This document shows, in pieces, positions 13,078 through 25,313 of a DNA stretch of 64,000 nt. This DNA comes from Octopus vulgaris (taxonomy: Eukaryota): positions 175,956,001 to 176,020,000 of the forward strand of contig OX597815.1 of NCBI GenBank assembly GCA_951406725.2, in the 5' to 3' direction. How positions within the stretch are numbered: position 1 is the first letter of the stretch; each line of letters begins with the position of its first letter. The position numbers and the translations under genes were made by a program. The notes under the pieces were generated by a model that saw only the letters and a program-made list of their open reading frames with translations, ran no database searches and was not told where the DNA came from.

Positions 13078-13080
<3 letters not shown>
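12555..13080 (-). mobile_element. CR1-group LINE 3' end, 5'-truncated
   Basis: ORF 12642-13052 LDYWDRLKALKLYSLQRRRERYIII...GPALFNIV..FKRSLDRFLQGIPDKP..NSLLEW is the typical CR1 ORF2 C-terminus, followed by a short 3' UTR. Confidence 0.9.
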
Positions 13081-13131
<51 letters not shown>

Positions 13132-13594
13132 GCACACTGATACGCTGGAATCCTGTAGCGTGAAATTAATTTCTACTTCACTTCCGTTAAAACATGCATA
13201 TGAATGGCGAATAAATATCACATTACGGCATTCCACATTTCTTGAATGCATTTCGTTTGTAAGCGTTGCATTGTAGATAAAAGTACATCCACGAACGTTC
13301 TCGTGTGTGTATACAGCTATTCACCAACATCTATGCATATGCACATGTATAAGAGTTTCTTGAGTAGCATATAAGTTTACACCAAATTTTGCTGTAAATT
13401 GGTTGTTGACATTTAATATTGTGAAACAATTCTGTTTCCGCATTATTTAAACAGTTTATTAATTGATTTTGCGTCAACATGGTAACGCTTCTGTAATTGG
13501 ACTCGCCTCTTCAATTTCTGTTTATTGTTGCTTCATCGAACATATGTACTTATGCATATATGCAATCGATTGAAAAATATGGCTATAAACATTT

Positions 13595-13595
<1 letters not shown>

Positions 13596-13670
<75 letters not shown>
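13596..13670. repeat. (CA)n microsatellite
   Basis: Direct reading. Confidence 0.95.
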
Positions 13671-13674
<4 letters not shown>

Positions 13675-13914
13675 TCAAAACCTAATTCAGTGACATATCA
13701 CAAACTGTATGCATTGAAATAATGAAATGTTCAACAGTTTATAGAGAAACAATTTCATTACGAACCACTACTGTGGTTCGGCCGTGATGTCTGACCGAGT
13801 ATCTAGCGAGCGGGTTTCGAATCCCAGCTGTATATTTGTTTGCATGAATGTATGTCTGTGTATGTGTGTGTGCATTCATACATACATTCACACACACATA
13901 TATAAATGAAAATA

Positions 13915-14250
13915 AATACCAAAGATCCCGTCTTCCCCATCTAAAATAAGGATTCAGTACTGCAATAGTTTGGGTTTCAAGGGCCCGCAATTGTTCAACA
14001 TCCTTCCAGGCAACCGTAGAGATCTACATGGTGTTGACCTGGAAGTCTTCAAGGAACGTCTGGACAGGTTTCTATCTGAGATACCAGATCAACCTGCATT
14101 GCGGCAGAAGACGCAAAGAAGAGCAGCTACGTCCAAATCCCTGCTTCACCAAAAACAATATCGGAAACACCACCGAGTAACTACAGGTGGTGCACCAGCA
14201 CGACCTCAGCCCTGGGCTGAAACCAGTAAAATATTAAAGATATATAAATA
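13915..14250 (+). mobile_element. CR1-group LINE 3' end (second subfamily)
   Basis: GFKGPQLFNILP..RDLHGVDLEVFKERLDRFLSEIPDQP...SKSLLHQ; tail CAGGTGGTGCACCAGCACGACCTCAGCCCTGGGCTGAAACCAGTAAAA. Confidence 0.85.
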
Positions 14251-14317
14251 TATATTTTGTCTTAATATACGCATACGTGCGTACACACACTCACATTCGC
14301 TAGTTACTACACATTCT

Positions 14318-14458
14318 TTATTTTCTCTCCTTGTTCCTTTCTGTGGAAGAGCGTAGGCTCGAAACGTTAAAGACTTTTTCACTTCCCGAGCGTTATACTA
14401 ATACATCTGTTGTCTACACCACCTGTCTTCGTCTTTTGTGTTTTTTTGCGAATTCTCA
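14318..14458 (+). mobile_element. Penelope-like terminal (pLTR) remnant with hammerhead-like motif (A6U core, 14337-14372)
   Basis: CTTT-CTGTGGA-A-GAGC(GTAG)GCTC-GAAA-CG-TT-AAAG; sister copy on the minus strand at 29990-30135. Confidence 0.6.
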
Positions 14459-14544
14459 GATAGATACACGGATATAGATATATATGTATATAGATATATA
14501 TATATATAGATACATACATACATACATTTTATATATATATTCTG

Positions 14545-14884
14545 TTATTTGTTTCAATTTTTTGGACTACGGCCTTGCTGGATGAAATCGACCCCAGGAC
14601 TTATTCTTTGTTAGCTTACTACTTATTCTATCGGTCTCTTTTGCCGAACTGCTAAGTTACGGGGACGTAAAAACACCAGCATCGATTGTCAAGCGATGTG
14701 GGGGGGGGGACAAACAGACACACAAACATATACATGACGGGCTTCTTTCAGTTTCCGTCTACCAAATTCAATCATAAGGGTCTGGTCGGCTCGAGGAACT
14801 TGCTGAAGGTGCCACGCAGTGGGACCGAATCCAGAACCATGTAGTTGGTAAGCAAGTTACTTACCACACACCTACCCCTGCGCA
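14545..14884 (-). mobile_element. SINE family B, near full length
   Basis: Minus-strand head GCGCAGGGGTAGGTGTGTGGTAAG..GGTTCTGGATTCGGTCCCACTGCGTGGCACCTT, then TTGGTAGACGGAAACTGAAAGAAGCCCGTC, internal microsatellite and tail. Confidence 0.85.
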
Positions 14885-15136
14885 TATATATATATATATA
14901 CACACACAAATACACACACGCGCGCGCACAGACAAACAGACATACACTTGCGCGCGCGCATACATACACGGATACGTACACAACTGCGGGCACACATAGA
15001 TATATGTACGTGAATCACAACGTATATATTTGTAACTGAGTGTATGCCTAAGCAGAGTGACACGCACAAATACATTGCCGAAGAATTACGATAAAGAGAT
15101 AGGTACAGATAGAGAGAATGAAAGAGGGTGAAGTAG

Positions 15137-15139
<3 letters not shown>

Positions 15140-15202
<63 letters not shown>
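15140..15202. repeat. (GA)n microsatellite
   Basis: Direct reading. Confidence 0.95.
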
Positions 15203-15208
<6 letters not shown>

Positions 15209-15656
15209 TGTGGAGAAAAACCCATGCATTCAAAGAATCATATTGAATGATATTAATATAGAGAACTTGCGCGTATTTATTATAGCTCTTGAATTATTAT
15301 TTAGTTAAATTCTTATGAACTGATAAATGGAATTATACTAAAGAGGATTTCAAGCATACGCACGACGAAATGCAATAAATACGACTGTTCTTTAGCGACA
15401 TGTTGTTGAATAGTGCTAAGGTTTTCGAAGGAAGGCAGGTGGAGCATATTTCGGTTACAATATGGCTACTGAAACGCTCTGAATTGTCTCCAGCTTTAAA
15501 CTAGTGATTTCAATCAAACTGAAGGCTTTCTCTTGCTTTTGTGGTGGGTCGTGCGCAGTCGATGCTTCTTCTTTGTCGACGCCCTTCTCTTTGTGTTTGA
15601 ATGCGTTCCGATTCTAATTCATGATGTCTATCAGTCGTTATTTCCTTCTTTCTCTT

Positions 15657-15658
<2 letters not shown>

Positions 15659-15710
<52 letters not shown>

Positions 15711-15730
15711 AGATGCTACTGCTGCTGCTA
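15659..15730. repeat. (CTA)n/(CTG)n trinucleotide repeat
   Basis: Direct reading. Confidence 0.9.
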
Positions 15731-16037
15731 CAATTTTATCTCATTATCATTTCTCTCTGTTACAAGCCTCTTTTGTTCGTCGCTTTTCTGATTGTTTCTC
15801 GTGCGTAGTAATTAGAAGTTCGCTTCGCAAATCTAAGTAATCCGATAGGTATAAATTGGCGATGATCGAAATGTGTGGTGTATATGTATGTATGGAAACA
15901 AGAAAAACCTTAACAGGTTTCTTTAAACATTTCAATGCTTAAAATGAATACTTTATATACAACAAGTGCATCACGATTAGTGTTATGCCCCCCCACCCCA
16001 CCCCAAATAACATAGTGTTTCAGTGACATGTATATAT

Positions 16038-16125
<88 letters not shown>

Positions 16126-16141
16126 TACGTATATATGTGTG

Positions 16142-16197
<56 letters not shown>

Positions 16198-16274
16198 AGA
16201 AAGAAGGAAAAATAAGGCAAAACAAAACATCAGAACACGTTAGTATTTAACTGTTTTTATTTCTACATACAAAA

Positions 16275-16435
16275 GTGACTGTGGGGTAGGAAGCTTGTTT
16301 TCTGTGTACATAGCTCTAGGTTCAATCCTACTTCGTAGTACCTTGGGCAAGTGTCTTCTGCTATAGCCTATGGGACGATCAAAACCACTTGAGTGGATTT
16401 GGTAGACAGAAACTGAGAAAAAGTCCATCGTATTT
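16275..16435 (+). mobile_element. SINE family B head (tRNA-like plus CORE-like CCTTGGGCAAGTGTCTTC)
   Basis: GGTTCAATCC B-box, ACCTTGGGCAAGTG, GTGGATTTGGTAGACAGAAACTGA. Confidence 0.75.
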
Positions 16436-16448
16436 ATCTATATGTGAC

Positions 16449-16582
16449 CTTTATCTTTTACTTGTTTCGGTCATTTGAATGGTTGAACGGTTTCAGTCGA
16501 ACAAATCGATGCTGGGAGTTGTCTCTTAAACCTGGTACTTGGTCTTCTCTTACCGAACCGCAAGCAGGGGAGACGAACAAGC
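16449..16582 (-). mobile_element. SINE family B tail, diverged, tail-to-tail with the preceding copy
   Basis: Plus strand CTTTTACTTGTTTCGGTCATT...CCTGGTACTT...ACCGAACCGC matches the family B tail. Confidence 0.6.
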
Positions 16583-16672
16583 GCAGATATAAACACACAC
16601 ACACACACACACAAACATATATATATATGATGATGATGATGATGATATAAGCCCGTCATGTGAATCTATGTG

Positions 16673-16741
<69 letters not shown>

Positions 16742-16780
16742 GTGCACACACACACACACACACACACACGTGCACGCACG

Positions 16781-16826
<46 letters not shown>

Positions 16827-17612
16827 AGAGTGATTGGGCAAACGAAAGAAGGGCACTCAACCAATTTATTGGGAGTTACATGCATGGATCAAAGCAGTTT
16901 GATTCAAATTCGTTGGTACACTTAAGTTTCAAGCGTGATGTTAGTCGTCAAACGTGTGTGTGTGTATATTCATTCAATTAGTTTCTCAAATGATTGAAGG
17001 GAGGAGACTGGAATGGACATTATCTGTCGATTACATGTTTATTGGGTGAGAGAGAGATCGAGATAAAAGCAGTAAAAGATACGTGGCACATCTTATTATA
17101 AAGAAAGCAACTTATTAGAATTCTACAGAATATCTATTCGTAAGTTTTCTTCAGAGGAATTTAAAGAAGGGATATTCATAGTTTTCTTTTCACATAGACT
17201 TACTTCTTTTAAAAGAAGATATTTTCATACTCGACATGCATAGTACATACATTCATACACACAAACATATATTCATACAGCCAAGGCGAGACAGTGAGAG
17301 ACAAGGGAGGCAGTGTATTGAGTGAGATGATAGAACGCTGCCACTGCGAGGTCACTTGTGTTTGTGAAATTATTCGGTCTTCGCAAGAAAGTGAAGTGAA
17401 CAATGCCGTTGAATCGTGCATTCGTTGAGAGATCGAGGTAAAACTGATAAATAGATACGTAGATAGATAAATAGATAGGTAGATAGATACAGATGAATAT
17501 GGTACTTAAGTTGAGGCACCAGAATTTAGTACGGTATTATCCATACAATTTCCAAAATAAGGTGATTAAAATCAAAATAAGCAACAAGTATTTAATTAAA
17601 TACTATGTCTTT

Positions 17613-17706
17613 GTGCAGCTGAAGATTGCTCTACATTTTAAATTGATGTAACGAAATATTTGCATTGTTCAATTAAATGGAGTCGCATGAAACGGTCGTA
17701 CTGCAT
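17613..17706 (+). ncRNA. Type I hammerhead ribozyme with extended helix II in PLE-like remnant
   Basis: GTGCAG-CTGAAGA-(63-nt hairpin)-GAAA-CGGTCG-TA-CTGCAT: intact core, 6-bp helix I, GUA triplet; flanked by inverted repeat CAAAATAAGCAACAA/TTGTTGCTTATTTTG. Confidence 0.7.
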
Positions 17707-17743
17707 TACCTCTGGATATCATTGTTGCTTATTTTGATAGTAA

Positions 17744-17744
<1 letters not shown>

Positions 17745-17835
<91 letters not shown>

Positions 17836-17960
17836 CATGCACACACACATACATACATACATACATACATACATACATACATACATACATACATACATAC
17901 ATACATACATACATACATACATACATAGAGACAGACAGACAGACAGATATACATACATAC
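17745..17960. repeat. Compound (GATA)n/(GA)n/(CATA)n/(GACA)n microsatellite
   Basis: Direct reading. Confidence 0.9.
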
Positions 17961-18447
17961 CTTTTCTTATTGTCGAGAAAGTAACTTATTAAAATTTAAC
18001 ACTTTGAAAAAAATATTCGTATGTTTTCTTAAGAAAATCTAAAGAACGGATATTTATAATTTTCTTTCCATTTTGTAATAAACTGACTACTTTTAGTTTT
18101 ATTTTCCAAAGTGTTTGCCTAATGTCTTTAGCGACCGTGTTGAGTAGTGTACACGAGTATGTCGGTCTACCTACGTGTATACATAGAGAGGAAAAGAATG
18201 AGAGTGAGAGAGAGAGTGAGAGAGAGAAAAAGAAAGAGAGGAGGAGGAGGAGGAAGTTGCGAACAAGACAGGAAGTGATGTTGCAGACAGAGTTTTCATA
18301 ATAATAATTAGAATCATAATAATGATTAGAATTTTTTTTTTTACTGTTTTAAGCGGAAATTTCTGTCACTGAGTATTTTGGAGAAAACAAAGGACAGACT
18401 GAAACACACGCAGATACATAAGCTTACACATACACAGGAACTCGCAC

Positions 18448-18503
<56 letters not shown>

Positions 18504-18654
18504 ATGTGTGCATGCATGAGTGAATGTATGTATTTAAGTATGTATCTAACTATATATACACACACATAATACATACTAATATACATACATACATACACAC
18601 ACATGCAGACGTGCATACATGCATACACACGAACACATTCACATCTTCATCATT

Positions 18655-18812
18655 GATTCGTCTGAGTCATTAACCAGCGGCCATGCTGGGGTACCATCTC
18701 AAAGACTTTATCCGAACAATTCGACACCAGTACTTGTTTTTTAAAAGCCCGGTACTTTTCTATCGGTCGACGTACGGGGACGTGAACAAACTAAAACCGA
18801 TTGTCAAGCGGT
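18655..18812 (-). mobile_element. SINE family B tail
   Basis: GCGGCCATGCTGGGG...CCGGTACTT..TATCGGTC..ACGGGGACGTGAACA..GTCAAGCGG. Confidence 0.75.
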
Positions 18813-18849
18813 TTAGAAGTCCCAAGTTAACTCCCAGAACATAACTTGA

Positions 18850-18930
18850 AATCATTTTCAATTTAACTCTTAGGTAAGTTAACTTCGGATTCCCAGACGA
18901 CACTGTAACCTTCATATAGCTAAGGTATCT
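18850..18930 (+). other. Candidate recursive splice site (TAG|GTAAGT) with 51-nt cryptic exon
   Basis: ATCATTTTCAATTTAACTCTTAG (AG 18872-18873) abuts GTAAGT; downstream AAG|GTATCT at 18924/18925; stops in all three frames. Confidence 0.35.
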
Positions 18931-19591
18931 TTGGCCTGAGGAGTAGCTAGCTGAATACCCCTCGTTGCAAAATTATTGCATCAGAGGATCTCCTAGCTAG
19001 GAAACATATGCAGCCTGTTTTTTTTTACTTGTTCTACTCACCCGAATTTGGATTTCTATTCGCATTCATAGCAGATGAAGTTGCTTTATTACAGTTCCTA
19101 ACCGTTGTTTTATTTTTTAAAAATATTGATTGCATCCATGACGGTCGCATATTGTGATGAACTGCATCTACCAACATTATCATGGGTCTCCGAACCTCAC
19201 AAAACAGCTGTTGTACTTATAACACCTTTCTTCCACCCCTTTAATTTTCTCTATCGTTTGTTCTCTGTGTCAGTTGGACCTATTAATATAAATATCTACA
19301 TGTTTGTACTCAAATATTCATCGTCTGAAGGACTCCGCCCATTGCTTTCTCTAGATTTGCATGTACACATATCTACCTATTTTGCATTTCATACCCAAAC
19401 TGTTATATTTAATATATCTTTTTTTTGTCCATCCGCATAATTGCCTCTATATCTGCTCAACTTGATCCCTCTTATAACCGTTCTTTACCCTGTGGAATCG
19501 ATCCCCTGTAAAGTCAGCGGAGTCTAAGTTTCAACTTTTTGAGCACTACTGTCTTCCATACTATAAATGTCTATCTTCCTCTCTCTCTCTG

Positions 19592-19633
<42 letters not shown>

Positions 19634-19918
19634 TATATATGTTTATATATACATGCATATATACATCTATTCACACACAATACATATGTTGTCAGTTGCG
19701 AGGGTAATTTTTCCAGTAAAGCACACGCACTGGTTCTGTTTCACTTTGTTTTATTCTTATTCTTCAAATGAGTAAACTACTAACCAATTATTTAATCGGT
19801 TGTTTTCATTAATCTTTCATGAAGCAATCAGCTGTTTCCCCCATCAATGAAAAGATTGTGTTATTCCAGTAGTATCTTGCTGACTCAAAGTTCCCGTTAC
19901 TGTTTTTACACATTTGGA

Positions 19919-19949
<31 letters not shown>

Positions 19950-20124
19950 TGTATGTATTGTATTGTATTGTGAGTGAGTGAGTGAGTGAATTAGTTTGTG
20001 TGGTGTGTGTCGGTATGTCTGTCTACGGTGTTGAGCATGTTTGGAACTATACGCATGCTTTTGTTGTCATGATATTTTTGTGAGCATGTAGTGTATAAGT
20101 GTGTGGGTGTATCTATGTGTGCGC

Positions 20125-20173
<49 letters not shown>

Positions 20174-20942
20174 CACACATACATATATATGTATACACAT
20201 ACATGCATACACATACACACATATACACATATGTATATACAAATATGTAATATGTTTGTGTGTGAGTCTATCATGTATGTATACATGTGTATATTGATTG
20301 TAAGGTGTTAAGTTACAAAGAAGTGTTCTCATGTAAGCGCGGTTATTATTATTGATTCCCAATAAATATATTTAATTTTCTGTCCAGATCTGTTATTGGC
20401 AGTTTTCATAGAATGGGCTTTTTACATAGTATCTGATGCTTGGAGATTTGTTCTGATAATGAATTTCCAGTCAAGTCAATAAATATTTCATCAAAAGTCG
20501 GGCAGTTGCTACACTAAATCAGATTTCTACTCGAACATTTTATATTTGCATTTGGAAGTCGTTTTTTTTCCCCTGTGTTTATGTTGATATAATAACCAGC
20601 ATGGTAGAAATAAATGTCTGCCACAACTTTTGTCATTGCACCGAGATATCAGAGAATGTTGTATCTCTGTTTTGATATTAAGTTTTGCCTTTATCAACAA
20701 TTGTTTCAAATATTTTGCGCTCTTTGCCACATGGATACAAACGAAAGGAGACATTCTTGTTTGTACAGACCAGAAATAATGCAGGATTCGAACTCTTCAA
20801 ACCAGTTTTATTCTTAATGACAAATTACACCAATGTATGCAGTATTACAACTGTCTGTCTGTCTATCTCTCTAGCTATTTGTTTAACTTTCAATTTAACT
20901 CCCATTAGATGCGCGCACGTGCGCATATATGTTTATCTATAC

Positions 20943-20944
<2 letters not shown>

Positions 20945-20983
<39 letters not shown>

Positions 20984-21070
20984 GTAATAGTAATAATAAT
21001 AATAATAATAGTAATAGTAATAATAATAGTAATAGTAATAGTAATAGTAATAATAATAATAATAATAGTA

Positions 21071-21126
<56 letters not shown>
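20945..21126. repeat. (AAT)n/(AGT)n trinucleotide repeat
   Basis: Direct reading; explains the poly-I/N/L ORFs. Confidence 0.95.
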
Positions 21127-21127
<1 letters not shown>

Positions 21128-21159
21128 GAAAATAAAAGAGCGTCCTCTTCACAATAACC

Positions 21160-21505
21160 AATTGTTTTCAGTCATGTTTGTTTGTCCATGGACAAGATAT
21201 CTCAAGAACCGCTGAATGGATTCGGTTGAAACTTTCAGTGATGTTTGGCCTTGGCCTCGTAACTGACACGAACTGATTAAATTTTGGGATCGATCTGCTT
21301 ACCGGACAAGGAAGGATTCTGGATTATGTTCTCGTTTTTTTTTTACTTAATTTTTTAGAGCAGTCGGGTTCATTTTTAGTATTCTCGTTTGTGAAAGCAG
21401 TCGTGTTTATTTCAGATATTCTCACTTTAAAAATCATCTCTGGCTAATCGTTGAGAGGGCGTTGGTGTTGCCTTGGCGGAGGTTTGCACTCTCTGATGCC
21501 CGTTT
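21160..21505 (+). mobile_element. Helentron-associated non-autonomous element (HINE-like)
   Basis: 5' GTTTTCAGTCATGTTTGTTTGTCCATGGACAAGATATCTCAAGAACCGCTGAATGGATT..GAAACTTT and 3' sub-TIR CCTTGGCGGAGGT followed by hairpin GCACTCTCTGATGC and T-rich end. Confidence 0.65.
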
Positions 21506-21969
21506 TATTTTGTTTTTGTCGTTATATTTCTATTTCTTCGAGTGGCCATTTTTAATTGTTGACTCCTTGTTTACATCTTGCTGTAATGTAAATTTCGTTG
21601 AGGTAACTACGGCCTGAAGATTACCTATGCTGCGTTATGATCATTAATACTTGTGTAACGAACTTCAGATAGTAATGAGACAATTTCAGATGATATTCTA
21701 CTTGTTCTACTCCTTATATTTTTTGGAAACTTGTTTGCATTCTTAGCAGCGTTATTACTAGAACGCCAGTTCTATGGAAACAATAAGCTTATCGAAATTT
21801 CTTTTAACTTTGATACGGAAGAAGTGTGCATCTTACGATGCTATTAAATATATTTTATCGTATACTGTCCTTTTGGTTTTAGTCTCTACACAAGCTGCCC
21901 ACTGCATAAAGCTTACTAACTTTTCATACCTGGAATCTTTAGATCGTACTTACCGACTGATATATGCGG

Positions 21970-22002
<33 letters not shown>

Positions 22003-22471
22003 TACATATATACACAGATACATATGCACATATATGTATGTATAATAGATATATAGATTACATTAGATAGATATAAATATTGCGTACATAATAGGAATAT
22101 TTCATGTTTTAGAAGCTTCGAGTTCTTGGTTACGGTGGAAGAGGAAGTAGATAAAGCTATAACTAATGACATGCAAAATATTGAGTTAAAAATCTGCTCG
22201 CATTGGCAAGTCAAAGGCTACTTTCGACCCTTTTTCTATCAGAGGTTCCTTTTAACACCCAATATTCTACATGTTATTATAGATTTATCTACTTCATGCA
22301 CCATCTTTAAAATTATATATCGGTCTATCTATCATTTTAAAGATGGAATTTGAAGTATATAAATCTATAAATAATAACTTGTAGAATATTGGGTGTTAAA
22401 AGAAACCTCTAATAGAAAAAGTCGAAAGTAGCCTATATATATATGTGTGTGTGTGTGCACACACCCATCTT

Positions 22472-22619
<148 letters not shown>

Positions 22620-22832
22620 TACATACATATATACACACACATACATAAAAATAATCTTTGTAGCCACTTTAACATGGCTGTCCGTTCGAGCGGACTCTAC
22701 TGCAATTTTTTAACCTCAATAGGACATCTCCTCTAGTTGGTTAACGATGCACAGCTGCATCCGATAAAATTGCGTCGGGGGAGCGGACCCCTACTTTCTA
22801 GCGACGGGACCAATAGGCCAGTCCTGGTTTCG

Positions 22833-22974
22833 GGACAAGAGTGAGTTGACAGCTCATGGCTAGGTATGGTCATAGATATTACCATATGTATCCCTTTCCT
22901 ACCTGAAGAAAAGGGATACACATGATACTATTTATGACCATACCTAGCCATGAGCTGTCGACTCACTCTTGTCC
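22833..22974. repeat. Long fold-back inverted repeat (about 65-bp arms) within an unclassified repeat starting near 22660
   Basis: GGACAAGAGTGAGTTGACAGCTCATGGCTAGGTATGGTCATA... versus ...TATGACCATACCTAGCCATGAGCTGTCGACTCACTCTTGTCC. Confidence 0.9.
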
Positions 22975-23217
22975 TTTATTCAAAATAGACACAGTCACTC
23001 AGTCTAGATTTAGTAGTTGATAAAGAGATAAATGAATTAGAAATGAATTACAATGCCTTACAACACTATCACCCCAATAGGCTTCAAGCGAGTCTTGGAA
23101 GTGTAGTCTATTCTTAGCTACAATAGCGACATGAATTTCTTCCATCCAGCTCGGTTAAAATATTTGAGAAAAATTATATTAATGTGTGCGACTGGTTAAA
23201 ATTCTATTTATTTATTT

Positions 23218-23305
23218 GTGCAGCTGAAGATGTCACTGAATTTAAATTGATGTAATGATTGCATTGTTCAATTAAATGGAGCCGCTTGAAACGGTCGTAC
23301 TGCAT
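23218..23305 (+). ncRNA. Type I hammerhead ribozyme, second copy of the 17613 family
   Basis: GTGCAG-CTGAAGA-(57 nt)-GAAA-CGGTCG-TA-CTGCAT; core and helices I/III identical to the 17613 copy while helix II differs. Confidence 0.7.
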
Positions 23306-23355
23306 CACTGCTTGATATCCTGTTGCCTATTTTCATTATACATACATACATACAT

Positions 23356-23415
<60 letters not shown>

Positions 23416-23473
23416 TATGCATATATACATCCGTATATGTACACACATCTATACGTGTATATATACATGTATA

Positions 23474-24060
23474 CATATGTGGGCACAGGACGCCACGAAA
23501 CGTGTACAACAGAAAATACGAAGCACGAGTACATGGAACATGAACTATTTTTTCGAACAACGAAAGAAACAAAGGGAAAACAAAACAAACAACATAAAAA
23601 ACGACCCTTCATCAGTTGTTGGCTGTTTTTCTAGTCTCGTATTTCGAGCATTAACAACAATATACGCTTTCGATAAAACAGTTGCTCCTGCAAAGCAAAT
23701 TAAATAAAATTTGGGGGTTTTGTGGAGGGTCAAAATTGGTAATACAAACAGGAAGGGCTGCTAAGCTTAAGCGAGGTTGTGGTGGCGAACGCGTAAATCA
23801 AGCTTGGACAGGAGACAGACAAGAACACGTCTTCTTTGTTCCAGCTATAACGGAGAGAAAGAGACACAAGTTAGAAGAGAGTTGGCCGATGGTCACGTGG
23901 GAGCCGCGTGAGCAAGGGAGGAGTGAGAGAGAGGGACAGAGTAAGAGGATAGAATACTGGCAGAAGAGGAGGCAAAAGAATAAGAGAAAGAAGAGGTAAA
24001 AAGATCGTATAGAGTGCGCATCAGAATCATTAAGATGAAACTTATTTGGGAGAGGATGCG

Positions 24061-24142
<82 letters not shown>

Positions 24143-24177
24143 TATACATACGTATATGTACATACTTAGATCTATAC

Positions 24178-24212
<35 letters not shown>

Positions 24213-24252
24213 TATGTGGGCACAGGACGTCACGAAACGCGTACAACAGAAA
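23474..24252. mobile_element. Unclassified, probably PLE-like, element bounded by about 42-bp direct repeats
   Basis: CATATGTGGGCACAGGACGYCACGAAACGYGTACAACAGAAA occurs at about 23474-23515 and 24211-24252. Confidence 0.45.
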
Positions 24253-24299
24253 GCCAGTAATTTCTCGGGAAATTGGGTAAATCGATTAGATGGACCCCA

Positions 24300-24420
24300 C
24301 TTTTCAATTCGTACTCATTTTATCGACCTCGGCAAAATTTGATCCCAGAACGTAAAGACAGACAAAATGTCGCTAAGTATTTTGTTCGGCGTATTAACGA
24401 TTCTGCCAGCTCGCCGCTTT
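24300..24420 (-). mobile_element. SINE family A, internally deleted
   Basis: Minus strand GCGGCGAGCTGGCAGAATCGTTAATACGCCGAACAAAATACTTAGC...GAGGTCGATAAAATGAGTAC. Confidence 0.8.
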
Positions 24421-24437
24421 ACATTTTATGTTATGTA

Positions 24438-25313
24438 CAGAGGGTGGGTGAAAAGTAAGTAGGCATTAAAAACTGCTGCTAAAATCCATATTCCTTTTAC
24501 AAATTTATTGAAAGAAATGATATATATTCTTTATTACATGGGAAAATGAAAGTAAATCTTCATATTTCAACGTAAGCATCGGTGGCATCGACCAGTTTCC
24601 TCAAACGGTCAGGGATGGAATGAACGACCTTCCGAAGGACGTCGTCTGCGATATCACAGAGAATCTCCTGAATCCGTGTCTCAATGTCTTCCAGCGTGCG
24701 AGGTTTTGTCTTGTACACATCTTCTTTTGTGTAACACCACAGTGTTAGTGGAGTGACATCTGGACTTCTTAGAGTTCTGAACTTCTGACGTCACAGTCTT
24801 CAGGTTTTAGCTCCTGCACATAATGGGGTTTCCTCGGACGAAAATTCAATTCTTTATGCAACACCATAGGTATTGTGTGTCCTGTTAGTTCACTCTCACG
24901 AGCTGTTTGACGTGTTGATTTTTGCGGCCTGCTATTAAACATTTCCTGCACTGTTGCCACGTCCTCCGCTGATCAGGATGTGGTTCGACGACTACTTCTT
25001 CTTGCATCGTTCACAGAGTTTTGCATGACAACTTATTGTCTCCGGACGTAGTATTTGCATGCTTGCCTTTCCATGCATGCCACCATCTCTGAACCAAAAC
25101 AATGGAATTCCACACTTCATAGCATGCTGCTATCTTAGATTTCTCCTGAACAGTCAAGCAACTGGCCATGTGGAAAATAAGAAATAAGACAATAAGAAAA
25201 TCAAAAACTCCCCATTAGTATTGTTTGTTTAAAAAGTGTTTTCGTCATGACTTCAGTGATACTAAAAGTTCTATAAGCAATTTCTAATGCCTAATTACTT
25301 TCCACCCACCATT
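24438..25313 (-). mobile_element. Tc1/mariner-superfamily DNA transposon, internally deleted
   Basis: TIRs GGTGGGTGRAAAGTAAKTAGGCATTARAAAYTGCT at both ends in TA context. Minus-strand transposase pieces RPQKSTRQTARESEL..LHKELNFRPRKPHYVQELKPEDC and RSPDVTPL..KEDVYKTKPRTLEDIETRIQE (SPDL motif); most of the DDE core is deleted. Confidence 0.85.
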
